Positions 41,352-53,612 of a DNA stretch of 55,066 nt are shown piece after piece. The DNA is taken from the IMG/VR virus record IMGVR_UViG_3300046170_000069, positions 1 through 55,066 of that record; one strand, written 5' to 3'. Under the pieces are notes generated by a model, which was not told where the DNA came from, searched no databases, and saw nothing but the letters and a program-made list of their open reading frames with translations. How positions within the stretch are numbered: position 1 is the first letter of the stretch; each line of letters starts with the position of its first letter. The translations under genes and the position numbers were made by a program. Source of the DNA: a virus (lineage: Duplodnaviria; Caudoviricetes).

Positions 41352-43804
41352 TATTGTTCTAATATATCTTCGATTATTTTTTCAGCGGTTTCGTTAGACT
41401 CATTCTCTAACTCACCTCTTTTTCCCTGTCTTTGAGATATTAGCTTGCTTTGTTCTTTAGCTTGCTTTTTAACTCTATTGTCTTTTCTATCCTCTTTTAG
41501 CACCTCAATCTTTTCTTTGAACTCTTGATCATCAGTCTTAAATCCTAATGTAGCCTGCGCTCTGATCATTTCAATCTCCTTTTGTAACTGATGACGAGCC
41601 TGAGCAACCTGAATATCTAGCTGAGCTTTCATCTGTAGCTTTTGAGCTTCTATCTGAGCCTCCATTTGCATCTCTTGCTGTCTAGCTTGAGAGGCCGCCT
41701 GAGAAGCTTGTTGAGCTTGCTGCGATTGAACTTGAGAGTTTTGCATAGCTTGATCCTGCATTCTCTTTATTCTCTTCTTACGTCTTACCACAAGAAGTCT
41801 TTCAGCTTGATTTATATCCTTAAGGTTTCTGATGGCAATAGCATCTTCAATATCTAGCTCTTTCTGTTGCAAGGCTATTTGAATATTCTGCTCCAGATAC
41901 GCCTTCTCTTTATCTTCCATCTCCTTCTGTACAGTGACACCGAAGTTAAACATTGGTAGGTCACTGAAAGAACTTAGAACATTCATATTAGATTCACCAA
42001 TAGCGTTTTGGTAGATCTTCATTAGTACTGAGTTAGGTGGTATAATCTGCAAACACTTAACGATGTCAGAGCAAACCTTCTTGAACAGAATCATAGATGC
42101 ATTTGTAATATCATATATAGCATTGTTACCTGCAGCAATAGCCTGTTCTCTAACACCAACAAGTGCATCACCCTTAGGAGTAGATGCATCCATCGCTTCG
42201 TTAATTCCTGTAGTATCTCTGATAAGTCTCAGGTAGTGATTGTAGATACCAATAAGCTCATTGATATTACGGATGCTGTTTCCTATTTCACGTACAGGTG
42301 GGTTTTGGAAACCTCCTTCTGGGTTCTTACTTCTGTAGTAGAATACACCTGTCTGCTCGTAGATGTCGTGTAACTCTAACGGTTGTAACTCACCACCCTT
42401 ACCGAGCTGGACATTCTCTAGTCCTTCAATGTCAATGATAAGTCCATCAGGCTTTGCTTTAGCGATTGCTTGCTGAAGCTTCAGGTGTGTGATCTGCAGC
42501 ATATCTGCAAAACCTATACAGCTATCTACCATAGACTTAGGCATCATGTTTCTGAAGTTCGTTGCGACTACAGAATACCCTAATCTAGTTCTACCTATGT
42601 CGTGCATATTTCTAGGCACATTAGTCTTAAGGCCGTAGTTAAACAGCTTCTTAGCACCTAGCACATACATGCCTCCGTACACAGTTTCAATATCCATGCG
42701 GTGAGGCTTTCTTTCGAACACGCCTCCAGTCTTCTCCTTGTAATTAAACCCCTCATAAAAGAAGTTTACATTACCGTATCTATTTTCTTTTTCTTCAAAG
42801 TGCATACAGTCAACAGAGATAAACTCGAAGTCTAGTACTTCAATTCTATACTCATCATAACCATATGAACTTCTATTGTTTACAGAGTCGTGATGAGTTC
42901 TATAAAAATTAGACGTATCCTGAGACTTACTTCTTGCTGCTTCTATTGCAATACTCTTGTACTCCTCTTCTGTAAACTTATCTCCTGCAATACGCTTAAG
43001 TTCAAGAATAGTCATATTTTTAATATGACCTGCATATACCAAATCCCCAAAGCTTGGATCTTCTGTGTAGCTATGAACGAATGTAGCTGGATCAACGTAG
43101 TCTGTCTTGATTCCGTAGCTAGGATCGTTTGTTCTTCTAGTAACACATATACCAATATCTACTAAGTCCTTTACGTTTCTTCTGTAGATGCTATCAGTAA
43201 AGTTGTTCCAAGATAGAGTTAAGTTTGTACCAATCTGAGCTGCAATCTCAGCGTCAGTTTTAATGTTGGTGTCTAAAAAGATATCCGCTTCCTCTAATGT
43301 ATCGGGCAACTTGTCTGGATCTTCATCTAGTACAAGGCCTCCAGTCTCCTGCTTTAGATCCATAAGATCTTCTTTTACAGCAACTTGAGTTTTAATTCGC
43401 TGCTTCTCTTTGTTCTTTTCAGAAGATGAAAGAGGATCGATAGCCTCAAGGTTTGGATATGGGTTGCGAGACAAGATCTTGTTTGTAACGACTCGAGCAA
43501 ACTTAGGAAGGATAGGTACTGGAGTGAAATCCAAATTAACTAAACTACCGTCTGCGTTGTTCGCATCAAGGTTCGTTAAGATCTGCTTATAGATGTTTGT
43601 ATCTTGAGTTCCGTTAGCGTAATCTCTATTCCTATCGAATATCTTATTACGCTTACTAATCATAGAACTAGCATTATGTCTTGTACCCCACTGTGACTCA
43701 ATGGCTTTTGCATATTGCAGTCCGTAAGCTTCTTGAGACTTGGCTTGCTGTGGTGCAAGCGCATCAGGGAAGCCTGACTTTTTCTTATTACTATTATACA
43801 TCAA
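41351..43804 (-). CDS. Portal protein
   Basis: 817 aa directly after the terminase; PVPILPKF, IRDTTGINEA.D.STP and a Q-rich coiled-coil C-terminus like crAss-type portals. Confidence 0.85.
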   Translation of the reverse strand: MMYNSNKKKSGFPDALAPQQAKSQEAYGLQYAKAIESQWGTRHNASSMISKRNKIFDRNRDYANGTQDTNIYKQILTNLDANNADGSLVNLDFTPVPILPKFARVVTNKILSRNPYPNLEAIDPLSSSEKNKEKQRIKTQVAVKEDLMDLKQETGGLVLDEDPDKLPDTLEEADIFLDTNIKTDAEIAAQIGTNLTLSWNNFTDSIYRRNVKDLVDIGICVTRRTNDPSYGIKTDYVDPATFVHSYTEDPSFGDLVYAGHIKNMTILELKRIAGDKFTEEEYKSIAIEAARSKSQDTSNFYRTHHDSVNNRSSYGYDEYRIEVLDFEFISVDCMHFEEKENRYGNVNFFYEGFNYKEKTGGVFERKPHRMDIETVYGGMYVLGAKKLFNYGLKTNVPRNMHDIGRTRLGYSVVATNFRNMMPKSMVDSCIGFADMLQITHLKLQQAIAKAKPDGLIIDIEGLENVQLGKGGELQPLELHDIYEQTGVFYYRSKNPEGGFQNPPVREIGNSIRNINELIGIYNHYLRLIRDTTGINEAMDASTPKGDALVGVREQAIAAGNNAIYDITNASMILFKKVCSDIVKCLQIIPPNSVLMKIYQNAIGESNMNVLSSFSDLPMFNFGVTVQKEMEDKEKAYLEQNIQIALQQKELDIEDAIAIRNLKDINQAERLLVVRRKKRIKRMQDQAMQNSQVQSQQAQQASQAASQARQQEMQMEAQIEAQKLQMKAQLDIQVAQARHQLQKEIEMIRAQATLGFKTDDQEFKEKIEVLKEDRKDNRVKKQAKEQSKLISQRQGKRGELENESNETAEKIIEDILEQ

Positions 43805-43819
43805 GGGATTCTATTTTTG

Positions 43820-43827
43820 CAAATATA
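43820..43827 (-). promoter_or_regulatory. Bacteroidota -7 element TATATTTG
   Basis: Intergenic between terminase and portal. Confidence 0.65.
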
Positions 43828-43842
43828 CTAAATCTGCTGTTT

Positions 43843-45966
43843 TCAAGAGATTGGCTTATATCTCCTAAAGAACTTCTTCTCATTGAAGTTGCTTGGCTTT
43901 TTCTTTTGCTTGACTTTTTGCGCACCAAGTAGGGCCAAACCTGCACTGATAGTCAAGTCAAACTTTGTTCTGTTTGTGATGTTAAATCCAATCCAGTCTT
44001 CTAAAGTTCTGTTAAAATACATTCTACCCATCTCACCAGTTTCTCTGTTGAATCCTACGTGATTGTGTATGTATGCTTCTATGGCGTGAGCATGAGCTTG
44101 TATTACATCGTTAGAGTTAGAAGGTATACCTTTTGTCTTTACGTTAACCTTAGAGTTAGGTGAAGATAAGTGCGCAGGCCTACCAAGTAAGTAACCGTCG
44201 TAACCCCTTGATTCAAAGTGTCTTGCGATACCGTACTTATTGTTCTCGATTAATATTGGGTAACCGTAAAATACAGAAGCCATCAATACATCTTCGTAGA
44301 AGATTTTAGCTAGAGGTGGACGAGACGCATACTCCAATACAAACATATTTGCTGGATGCTCCATATGAAATTTGTTGTAAAGGTGTAACGCTCCCTTTGA
44401 CCCTCGTCCGTCGACGGTGGCGTCAAGGTCGTAGGAGTCGACGCCTCCCACTCCTAGCTCTGCATTCGGTGGTACAAGCTTTCCTCGCTCATACTTCTTT
44501 ATGTTTCTTAATTCTTGTGGTGGCATCCAAGCTACTCTAAACCTGCCTTGCGGATCTGGTTTAAATACTACCTCGGTATCAGCCACACCATTCTTCCAAA
44601 CAAAGTTTCCTACTACTACAGGGTTTGGAAATAGTTCATCATTATGTTGTATCTGTTCGTATATCTGACCGATGTTAAATAGGCTACCATCAATACTATC
44701 TCTGAATGCTTCATCCTCTGTGAAAGGAAACTGTCGAGTAACCTCGTTAAGCTCTGATGGATCGTCTTTGAGGCTGTCTCTTTCATTCTTCAGGAAAGTC
44801 TTTGATCCGAATATAATGTCTTCACCATCTAGCCCTTCTATGACTGAAGTAGGATCTTCTGCAACAGGATGTCCATACTTATCGAAAAAACCCTCAAGCG
44901 AATCATACGCAGGAATAAACAGCCTGTACAAACCAGATCTAGTTCTTCCGTTAGAATTTCTTTCGTCTGGATTAGAGTCTTCCCAAAGATCTTTGTACTC
45001 CTTACCTCCCTTATCCATAGGGTTTACGGTACTGCCTACCAGCGCTTTACCAATAATCTTTCTACCTACAATCAAGCAGGTTCTCTGTATCCTCCAAGCA
45101 TCTCTTATATCTGTAGGCTTCTCCCACTTACCTGCCTCATCGAGGTACATGATATGGAGTTTTTCACCATCGTATGCGTTATTGGTTGTGTTCTTCCAAT
45201 TGATTACGGTATTGAGTGCTTCACCTATCTGAGATGTTTTATTGTTTTTAGTTATGCGCTTCGATGGTTCACGGAACGCTAACTCCATACGTGGGTTAGT
45301 CGTACCATCCTGAATAGGTTTGAAAAAGAATGGGTAGTTACGGAACATATACACCACCTTTTTCATGAAGATATTCTCCTGAGCATCCTTACCAGTTTTC
45401 GACTGTATGCCAAGAAGCTTATCTTTGACTTGCGTCGCTTCATCAACAAGTACAGAAGAGCAGATATTAGTATAACCAGAACGACGGCACTTAGTGTAAA
45501 GCTGACCAATACAACGTGGATCAGCTTCGCACGCAGCCATATGTAAAAAGATCTCACGTTGAAAGTTTAAGAAGTTAGGATATCCGATGTCTAGCTTGGT
45601 CCACTGAAGCATCATGTAGTGCCTCCCCGTAATATATGTAGGTGTACCGTTGTTATAAAACCAAAAGCCCTCACGCCTACGCCTAAACTCTTCTTCGATA
45701 TATGGACGAAACTTCTCTCTGAACTCCCTTGGCATTTCAGCCCACTCATCCATAGAACGAACACGAGACAGTTCCTTCGGCATAGATATCCTCTCCCACA
45801 TTTGCAGAAGCTTTGATTTGCTATGTCCTTGAATTTGTTTCTTAGGCGGCCTTTTCGGAAGACAAATGAGTAGCCCACCGAGTTCGATAACTTCACCCTC
45901 CGTACCACTGGGACAAATCTTAACAGCAGGTTCTTCATAATCTTTAAGTTCAAGTAGGGCCGACAT
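43843..45966 (-). CDS. terL: Terminase large subunit
   Basis: KCRRSGYT Walker A, YLDEAGKW Walker B, GSTVN, nuclease GVDSYD and IENNK. Confidence 0.9.
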   Translation of the reverse strand: MSALLELKDYEEPAVKICPSGTEGEVIELGGLLICLPKRPPKKQIQGHSKSKLLQMWERISMPKELSRVRSMDEWAEMPREFREKFRPYIEEEFRRRREGFWFYNNGTPTYITGRHYMMLQWTKLDIGYPNFLNFQREIFLHMAACEADPRCIGQLYTKCRRSGYTNICSSVLVDEATQVKDKLLGIQSKTGKDAQENIFMKKVVYMFRNYPFFFKPIQDGTTNPRMELAFREPSKRITKNNKTSQIGEALNTVINWKNTTNNAYDGEKLHIMYLDEAGKWEKPTDIRDAWRIQRTCLIVGRKIIGKALVGSTVNPMDKGGKEYKDLWEDSNPDERNSNGRTRSGLYRLFIPAYDSLEGFFDKYGHPVAEDPTSVIEGLDGEDIIFGSKTFLKNERDSLKDDPSELNEVTRQFPFTEDEAFRDSIDGSLFNIGQIYEQIQHNDELFPNPVVVGNFVWKNGVADTEVVFKPDPQGRFRVAWMPPQELRNIKKYERGKLVPPNAELGVGGVDSYDLDATVDGRGSKGALHLYNKFHMEHPANMFVLEYASRPPLAKIFYEDVLMASVFYGYPILIENNKYGIARHFESRGYDGYLLGRPAHLSSPNSKVNVKTKGIPSNSNDVIQAHAHAIEAYIHNHVGFNRETGEMGRMYFNRTLEDWIGFNITNRTKFDLTISAGLALLGAQKVKQKKKPSNFNEKKFFRRYKPIS

Positions 45967-45969
45967 ATC

Positions 45970-47802
<1,833 letters not shown>

Positions 47803-47816
<14 letters not shown>

Positions 47817-48063
47817 CTAAATCGTAAACCCATATAGGTGTCTTTTCTCCTATGTAGCTGCCACCAATGTTGTATTCGAAGTGCTCAATAGCATCCTCTA
47901 TACTCATACCCTCTTCTACAAGGATATCAAGGACTTTACTTACACTGTATACAGCTGTAGCGTTTACACCAAATGTAATTCCGATAACAGCTTCGTTGAA
48001 GCCGTCAGCTAGTAAGCACTCGTTATCTGCGAGCTGCTCCCATAGTTCTTCTTTGTTCCACAT
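47803..48063 (-). CDS. Conserved hypothetical phage protein
   Basis: ADGFNEAVIG...EDAIEHFEYNIGGSYIGEKTP motif. Confidence 0.75.
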
Positions 48064-48066
48064 ATT

Positions 48067-48654
48067 TTATTCAATTATATACATTAGGTCGACTGCACGA
48101 GTTCTGAAGTACTCCTTACCGTCTATTTTTATTCTGTAGTCTCTGTTCTGTTTGAAGCCTACGATATCTCCCTGCTTCACTCCCATCTCCTTAGCTTCTT
48201 CACAAAGGTAAGCTACTTTCGCTGTGGTTGGTAATTTTTCCTCAAGAGAAACAACTTCGATAATACCCTTCTCTTCTTCCTCTTCTTCTATAGCTTCTAG
48301 AAGGCACCATCCAGCTAGGCATCTGATCTTACCATCCTTCTTGCTTTTGTAGGCGATAGCTTGGTTGCTTAACGCTACGTCTGGATCGTAGCTTACAACG
48401 AAGTGCTTGTCGTTACCTGTAAGCTTCTGTCCTTCGTTTAGTACAACTAGGTGGTGGAAGTATAGCTCGTCACCAACCTCTACCCCAGTATTATATCTAT
48501 AAGGTGGGGATACCACAGGCCCTGATGTTACCCTGTTAGGGAACTGACCATTTTCGAATCTAGTGTCTATATATAGATTAAGACCTGAGTCAGTCTCTAT
48601 CGTGTCGTTGATCTGCTTTTCCAGTTCAACAACGAATACATGTAAAGCTTTCAT
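48067..48654 (-). CDS. groES: Co-chaperonin GroES-like protein with two Cpn10 domains
   Basis: MKALH.FVV...SGL.I...G.VV...VEVGD, then a second unit IRCLAGWCLL...GII...GVKQGDIV...IKIDGKEY...DL. Confidence 0.75.
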   Translation of the reverse strand: MKALHVFVVELEKQINDTIETDSGLNLYIDTRFENGQFPNRVTSGPVVSPPYRYNTGVEVGDELYFHHLVVLNEGQKLTGNDKHFVVSYDPDVALSNQAIAYKSKKDGKIRCLAGWCLLEAIEEEEEEKGIIEVVSLEEKLPTTAKVAYLCEEAKEMGVKQGDIVGFKQNRDYRIKIDGKEYFRTRAVDLMYIIE

Positions 48655-48657
48655 GGC

Positions 48658-48897
48658 TTAGAAGTTACAATCGTATTCTACAATACACGGCATTTCGTCG
48701 ACAGCTTTCCATAAAACCTGTGCGTTGTCACTACCTTGTAGATATACTAGGAATCTTTTCTTACCATACTTGTGTAGATGTCTATCATCTAGCACTATAG
48801 TAGAGACTTTATTGTCTCCTGCTCTCATGCCTATGTAATATGCCATGGCATCCTTGGGATCTTTCCCAATGATAATCTTTCGTATTATGCCTTCCAT
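48658..48897 (-). CDS. Conserved hypothetical protein
   Basis: IRKIIIGKDPKDAMAYYIG...MPCIVEY. Confidence 0.75.
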   Translation of the reverse strand: MEGIIRKIIIGKDPKDAMAYYIGMRAGDNKVSTIVLDDRHLHKYGKKRFLVYLQGSDNAQVLWKAVDEMPCIVEYDCNF

Positions 48898-48898
48898 T

Positions 48899-49189
48899 TT
48901 AATTAAGTGAGATACCAGTTCCGTCGAGAAGGTCGTCTAGCCCTTTATCGATATCGTTGTCTCTGTTAAATGTGTTATATATAAAATCAATTATTTGTTC
49001 TAGTTCTACCGCATCGTCTATTGAGTAGTGGTACAGTCCTTTAAACTCTTTGCTAAACTCGTCTCGGTCTCTCATTAGGCCACCTACCATGATACAAGCA
49101 AACTGTTCTTCTACCCCATGCTTTTCTACGAGGTCTTCAATCTGCTGATAAAGCTGCTGTAGCTCTAGGAAAAACTCTGTCTTATCCAT
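48899..49189 (-). CDS. Acidic hypothetical protein
   Basis: 96-aa ORF in the operon. Confidence 0.7.
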   Translation of the reverse strand: MDKTEFFLELQQLYQQIEDLVEKHGVEEQFACIMVGGLMRDRDEFSKEFKGLYHYSIDDAVELEQIIDFIYNTFNRDNDIDKGLDDLLDGTGISLN

Positions 49190-49199
49190 ATATTTGTCT

Positions 49200-49622
49200 A
49201 TGCCTAAAAGTAAAGTTAAAAAGAAGAAACTCTTTCGAGACTTCTCGAAACTACCTCAAAGATACGTAAAAAGAAACTACTTAAAAAATCTTAGAACAAA
49301 GATACGTAGCTTCTGCAGAAAGAACGACATCTTCGAGAAGGAGCTTATGTTTATGCTATGGGCGTATGACCTAGAGTTCTGGACACTAGACTACGCTAGC
49401 AAAGACTACGACTACTCTAAGAACCATATAGGTGAAAGGCTGGTATTCCCTTTAGCTAATGAAGGGTACGTATATAAACACTTCGAAAAGCTAACTCCGT
49501 CTCAGACAATGGAGGATCACCTCTTCCGTGAAGAGACTAAGATGAATTACAGAGTAAGGTATGCGCTCACACAGAAGGCGAGATTGTTAGTGCAGTCTTT
49601 CTACAGAGATTTAGAAGCCTGA
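49200..49622 (+). CDS. Putative winged-helix regulator (only + strand gene in the late arm)
   Basis: TATATTTG at 49189-96, then ATG at 49200; L..EGYV...Y.LTQKAR wing pattern. Confidence 0.65.
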   Translation: MPKSKVKKKKLFRDFSKLPQRYVKRNYLKNLRTKIRSFCRKNDIFEKELMFMLWAYDLEFWTLDYASKDYDYSKNHIGERLVFPLANEGYVYKHFEKLTPSQTMEDHLFREETKMNYRVRYALTQKARLLVQSFYRDLEA

Positions 49623-49820
49623 GACGTAGTATACACTGAAGTCGTCTCTCATCATTGTCTCTACTTGCTCTCTGGTATAAGCTATCTTAGAGTTGTACTT
49701 AGCTGGGATGTTGTCATACCCTACTAAGCCTGTATCATTAGACCCAGCAATTGTGTTTCTATTAGGTAGGTCTGCAGCCTCTGCAAGTATTTCGTCTCTA
49801 TCTAGTATTACGTACTTCAT
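49611..49820 (-). CDS. Small hypothetical protein
   Basis: ORF track 49611-49847; likely start MKYVIL. Confidence 0.6.
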   Translation of the reverse strand: MKYVILDRDEILAEAADLPNRNTIAGSNDTGLVGYDNIPAKYNSKIAYTREQVETMMRDDFSVYYVSGF

Positions 49821-49821
49821 A

Positions 49822-50601
49822 TTAAGGTGTTGTTGAGCTGAATGCAACTGTTCCCTGAGCGCTTCCGTTACTTGTTCCAGCAGTATCTGTAAGATCGTCT
49901 TCGAATCTGTAGTATAACTCTAGTCCGTCATGGCCGCTTTCATCTTTCGGAGTACCGCTATTGTAGATGTCTGACACCTCACTAGCGGAAAGGGCTTTAG
50001 TGAAAGCAGCGAATTCATCAATTAAACCATCGAATCCACCAGAAAGACCCCAAGTTCCAGTGTTTAGAGAGGTACCATCAATACCCATCTCTATTCCACT
50101 AGAGGCAAACTGATTTGCGTTAGCTACACTCACCTTAAAGCCTGCTAAATAGGTGTGAGCAGCAGCAGATCCGTTTACGTAGAAGGTGATCTCTACGTTA
50201 GACCCACTGTAGTCTTGCACTATAGCAATGTGCGTGAAGTCTGATTGAGCTCCATCAGAAAATACCGCACTGTTAGTGCTTGGTATTGATATGTTTCCAA
50301 TTCCAGTTCCGTTTGAGTACAACCACATCGTTAGTATCCCTGCGGTTGTTATGTTCAGGAAGGAAAAATCGGCAGATCCAGCATTAACACCAAATACTAT
50401 CTGTGCTTGGGAGGGTATTCCATCATCAGGCTTAAGCCACATGCTGAAACTGTGAGAGCCTCTAAGTAGAGTCTGTGGATCGTAGTTTGTGTTAACACCA
50501 TTAGAATTCGATAAATCACCATCTAAAGACTTCGTATTCGAATACGGTGCTGCGCTCTGTACGTATGGTAGTGTTGATATGCTGTTTCCTAATCCTAACA
50601 T
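49822..50601 (-). CDS. LamG/concanavalin-A-like lectin domain virion protein
   Basis: MLGLGNSI start; SFSMWLKP, THIAIV, FYVNG and FDGLIDEFA.F..AL...EV..IYN motifs. Confidence 0.8.
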   Translation of the reverse strand: MLGLGNSISTLPYVQSAAPYSNTKSLDGDLSNSNGVNTNYDPQTLLRGSHSFSMWLKPDDGIPSQAQIVFGVNAGSADFSFLNITTAGILTMWLYSNGTGIGNISIPSTNSAVFSDGAQSDFTHIAIVQDYSGSNVEITFYVNGSAAAHTYLAGFKVSVANANQFASSGIEMGIDGTSLNTGTWGLSGGFDGLIDEFAAFTKALSASEVSDIYNSGTPKDESGHDGLELYYRFEDDLTDTAGTSNGSAQGTVAFSSTTP

Positions 50602-51116
50602 TCTCCTTGTATAAATTCTTTTAGTTGAATCGGTGATACAAGTAAACACTCAGCTAGATCTCTGTACTCTATCGTTACCTCCTCACCAGCTTCTAGTGCT
50701 GCGGCAATCGGTGGGTACACTCTCATATATGCTGCTGTGCTCTTCCCTATAAAACCGTTTTTTTTGATGTTGTTGTTTTCTTGCGTGTCACCCAGTAGTA
50801 AGCACCCTGCAGTGTCCTCATCAGTATTACCGCAGTGAAGAAGAATATATTCAAAGTTTGGCACATCCAAGACATGAAGCATGCCTTTATGTATGTCAGC
50901 AAATCTCTTACTGTATTTGGCGTGATATCCACCCACAGTTCGAAAGCCGATACGATACTCTCCTTCAGGTATGCAAGTTTCTCCGTAAACTTTTTCCTTG
51001 CGACTTTCGTCTTCCAAGGTGTAGCAAAGAAATCTTCTTTCATCATTAGTTATGTCGAAGAGTATTCCGTTAGTGGAATCCTTTCCTTTGTTGATTCTTA
51101 TTACTTCGAGTTTCAT
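50595..51116 (-). CDS. DUF5675-family protein (His/Cys peptidase-like, candidate endolysin)
   Basis: CYTLED, CIPEGEY and ILLHCGNT..DTAGCLLLG. Confidence 0.8.
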   Translation of the reverse strand: MKLEVIRINKGKDSTNGILFDITNDERRFLCYTLEDESRKEKVYGETCIPEGEYRIGFRTVGGYHAKYSKRFADIHKGMLHVLDVPNFEYILLHCGNTDEDTAGCLLLGDTQENNNIKKNGFIGKSTAAYMRVYPPIAAALEAGEEVTIEYRDLAECLLVSPIQLKEFIQGEC

Positions 51117-51221
51117 TCTTTAATTTATTTAATCTTATTAGCTCTGCTTCTTTCGAATGATCTTTTCTTTTTTTCTTTGTGTTAAAGTAGTTTTTTTTCA
51201 ATTGGTGTACTTAGTTAGTTT

Positions 51222-51860
51222 TTATCTAGCCCCTGCCATTATTTTACATCCCTCCTCTTCGGTGCACCAGTACTTCACTCCGTTAATTATTTTCATAATA
51301 CCTTCGCCTTCAGGTTTGCCGCCTGTAGTTCCAGCACCTATATTTTGACTTTTTCTACCCACATTTTTGGCTACGTTAACGCTTCTAAAGCTTCTTCCCT
51401 TTGGTTCTGTTTCTTGTATACCTATAAAGTAGTCTAGGAAAGCAGGCTCCATCATAAGTTTTCTAAATCTTCCAGCTTCTTTTTCTGATAAATCACGACC
51501 TGAAAGCTTATCTAGAAAATCTTTTTTAAGACCTGATACACTAACAGCTGGTTCGTATTTAGATTCAGCGTCTTCACGGTACGTGACTTTATAGTTACCT
51601 TGCTTATCTTTATAAGCTATAGGCTTTACTGATTGCTCTGCAGCTATTCGAGCCTCTTTTTCTTCTGGAAGCTCAAACATTGGAGCAGACTTAGTCTGTG
51701 AATTACTGAAATTTAGTATACTTAAAAGAGTATTTACATCATACTTCTTATCGCCACGACGATCACCAGTATAAGCAATAGTATCTTTTACAGTTTCTAG
51801 TTTCTTCTTTTTAGGAAGATCTACCTCGCCACCAGAATTATATCTCCTTAGAAACCTCAT
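51222..51860 (-). CDS. Basic hypothetical late protein
   Basis: 212 aa, N-terminal RRYNSGG. Confidence 0.65.
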   Translation of the reverse strand: MRFLRRYNSGGEVDLPKKKKLETVKDTIAYTGDRRGDKKYDVNTLLSILNFSNSQTKSAPMFELPEEKEARIAAEQSVKPIAYKDKQGNYKVTYREDAESKYEPAVSVSGLKKDFLDKLSGRDLSEKEAGRFRKLMMEPAFLDYFIGIQETEPKGRSFRSVNVAKNVGRKSQNIGAGTTGGKPEGEGIMKIINGVKYWCTEEEGCKIMAGAR

Positions 51861-52309
51861 TAGTCTCTACCTAGCAGTTCTCTTAGTCTCTCTAGAGTAG
51901 TTGGACGAAATGGATTGTCTGGTTGCAATCTATCACGAGCTATCTGCTCAGCTGCCATGCCTAAACCAACTATACCTAAACCACCACCAATAGCTTTACC
52001 TACATCTTTGCCAGTGAGTTTAGAACCACTGCCGTCAGACATCTTATTAGCCTTGTTGTCTCCGTACATATCATCAAGGTATGTATCCATTTGGTTTACA
52101 AAGTCAGCCTGTTCAGGAGTCCAGCTATCAGGTCCAGCATCGTGAAGCTGATTGTAGATATCCATGCTTTCTCTAAACTGCTTGTTCTGCTCTCTGTTAA
52201 ACTGTCGTCTATCCCTGTTCTCTAGTCTAGCAAGCTTTCCAGCTTTACCTTCTGCTAGAGCTTGAAGTAATTCGTTTACGTCTGGTTTTTTTCTTCTTTT
52301 AATATCCAT
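51860..52309 (-). CDS. Hypothetical protein with Gly-rich hydrophobic segment
   Basis: 149 aa; AIGGGLGIVGLGMAA. Confidence 0.65.
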   Translation of the reverse strand: MDIKRRKKPDVNELLQALAEGKAGKLARLENRDRRQFNREQNKQFRESMDIYNQLHDAGPDSWTPEQADFVNQMDTYLDDMYGDNKANKMSDGSGSKLTGKDVGKAIGGGLGIVGLGMAAEQIARDRLQPDNPFRPTTLERLRELLGRD

Positions 52310-52318
52310 GTTGTTATG

Positions 52319-52750
52319 TTATGAAGGGTCTGAAGCTGCATACATCTCTACATCGCAAGTAGCTGTGTCTGCATCTATAGAGATCTCATCTATGTTAGCT
52401 AGTGATACTGTTTCTCCGCCTGTTGCATTAGCATCCATCTGTCCGTCAGACAGTACGAAGCTCGCTCCAGCAGGAACCTTTACAAAGTACTCTTCGTTAT
52501 TACCCTTTACTCTTACAATCACGAAGTTCGTAGAGTCTAAGTTTGTAAAGCGTAGGTACTTAAGAGTAGCATCCTTTACTGTACCAGCAGCATCAGCGCT
52601 GTTAAATAGTAGAACAGTTTGTTCTGTAGTGGTACACTTAATAATTCTGTGATCGATAGAAGTAACAGTATATGATGCACTGTTCTTGCTTACTATCGTT
52701 TGTCCATTAAGGACTAGATCTTCTGATATAGTTACGTTTAATGTAGCCAT
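52319..52750 (-). CDS. Small beta-rich structural protein
   Basis: MATLNVTISE...KYLRFTNLD..NFV; loosely similar to the 34736/35155 proteins. Confidence 0.7.
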   Translation of the reverse strand: MATLNVTISEDLVLNGQTIVSKNSASYTVTSIDHRIIKCTTTEQTVLLFNSADAAGTVKDATLKYLRFTNLDSTNFVIVRVKGNNEEYFVKVPAGASFVLSDGQMDANATGGETVSLANIDEISIDADTATCDVEMYAASDPS

Positions 52751-53598
52751 TACTTTTTCTTCTTATATTTCTTTACTCTACCTCCTGTTGCGAATACTTC
52801 ACCAAGTCCAGCTAAACCTCTCTCTGGTTTGAGAGCACCAAGTCTCTCCATTTGTGAATTCATCATTTCTTGAACTCTAGGGTTAGAGCTTGTAAGTCTG
52901 TCTTGTAATCCTATTGGACCAGCAGTAATGCTTTCAAGTAGTTCAGGAGCGCCTTCAGGTGCGACAGGAGAACTTTGAGCGCCATCAAGAGCACTTAATA
53001 GCCTTTGTACATCATCCCCACCAGCTGGCAATGCATAGTCACCCACCTGTGTAGATCCAAAATCAGCAAACTTTTTGTCGCCACCAATAACATCCATAGT
53101 ATTCATAAGGCTTTCTGGTTGTTCAGCCTGTTGTAAAGACTTAGGTACAAACTTAACAGCTGTATCAGCTGTATTCTTAGCTTGATTGATTACATCTGCA
53201 ACTTTACTTCCTTTCTCTATTAAAGAAGCTCCTTTTGCTAGCAGTCCTCCTCCAGTTCCTGCCGCTGTAGTAGCCGCAGCTCCAGTCCCAGCCGCACCAG
53301 CACCACCTCCAAGAGCTCCGATAACTGCAGGGGCCGCTAAAGCCGCTGCACCAATAGCACCTGCTGCAATAGCACCTCTCTTAACATCCTGTCCTACGTT
53401 TTCTCTACGTCTTCTCTCTAGTCTTTGCTTTTCTACTGCTTCAGCAGATGTCAGCCCTGTTGCACTCTTTCTTTTAAACCCTTGAGCCCTTTGTTCTCTT
53501 CTAAGCTGTCTTAATCGTCTACGTTCCTGCGAAGAAAGTCTTCCTGACTTAGCAGGTAGCGAACCACCGTTTTGATATTTCTTATACTTTGTGCGCAT
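52750..53598 (-). CDS. Gly/Ala-rich putative internal/pilot-like virion protein
   Basis: YQNGG at the N-terminus and FATGG at the C-terminus; long G/A hydrophobic stretch. Confidence 0.6.
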   Translation of the reverse strand: MRTKYKKYQNGGSLPAKSGRLSSQERRRLRQLRREQRAQGFKRKSATGLTSAEAVEKQRLERRRRENVGQDVKRGAIAAGAIGAAALAAPAVIGALGGGAGAAGTGAAATTAAGTGGGLLAKGASLIEKGSKVADVINQAKNTADTAVKFVPKSLQQAEQPESLMNTMDVIGGDKKFADFGSTQVGDYALPAGGDDVQRLLSALDGAQSSPVAPEGAPELLESITAGPIGLQDRLTSSNPRVQEMMNSQMERLGALKPERGLAGLGEVFATGGRVKKYKKKK

Positions 53599-53602
53599 GA
53601 CG

Positions 53603-53610
53603 CAAAGATA
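53603..53610 (-). promoter_or_regulatory. Bacteroidota -7 element TATCTTTG
   Basis: 4 nt upstream of the ATG at 53598. Confidence 0.6.
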
Positions 53611-53612
53611 AG

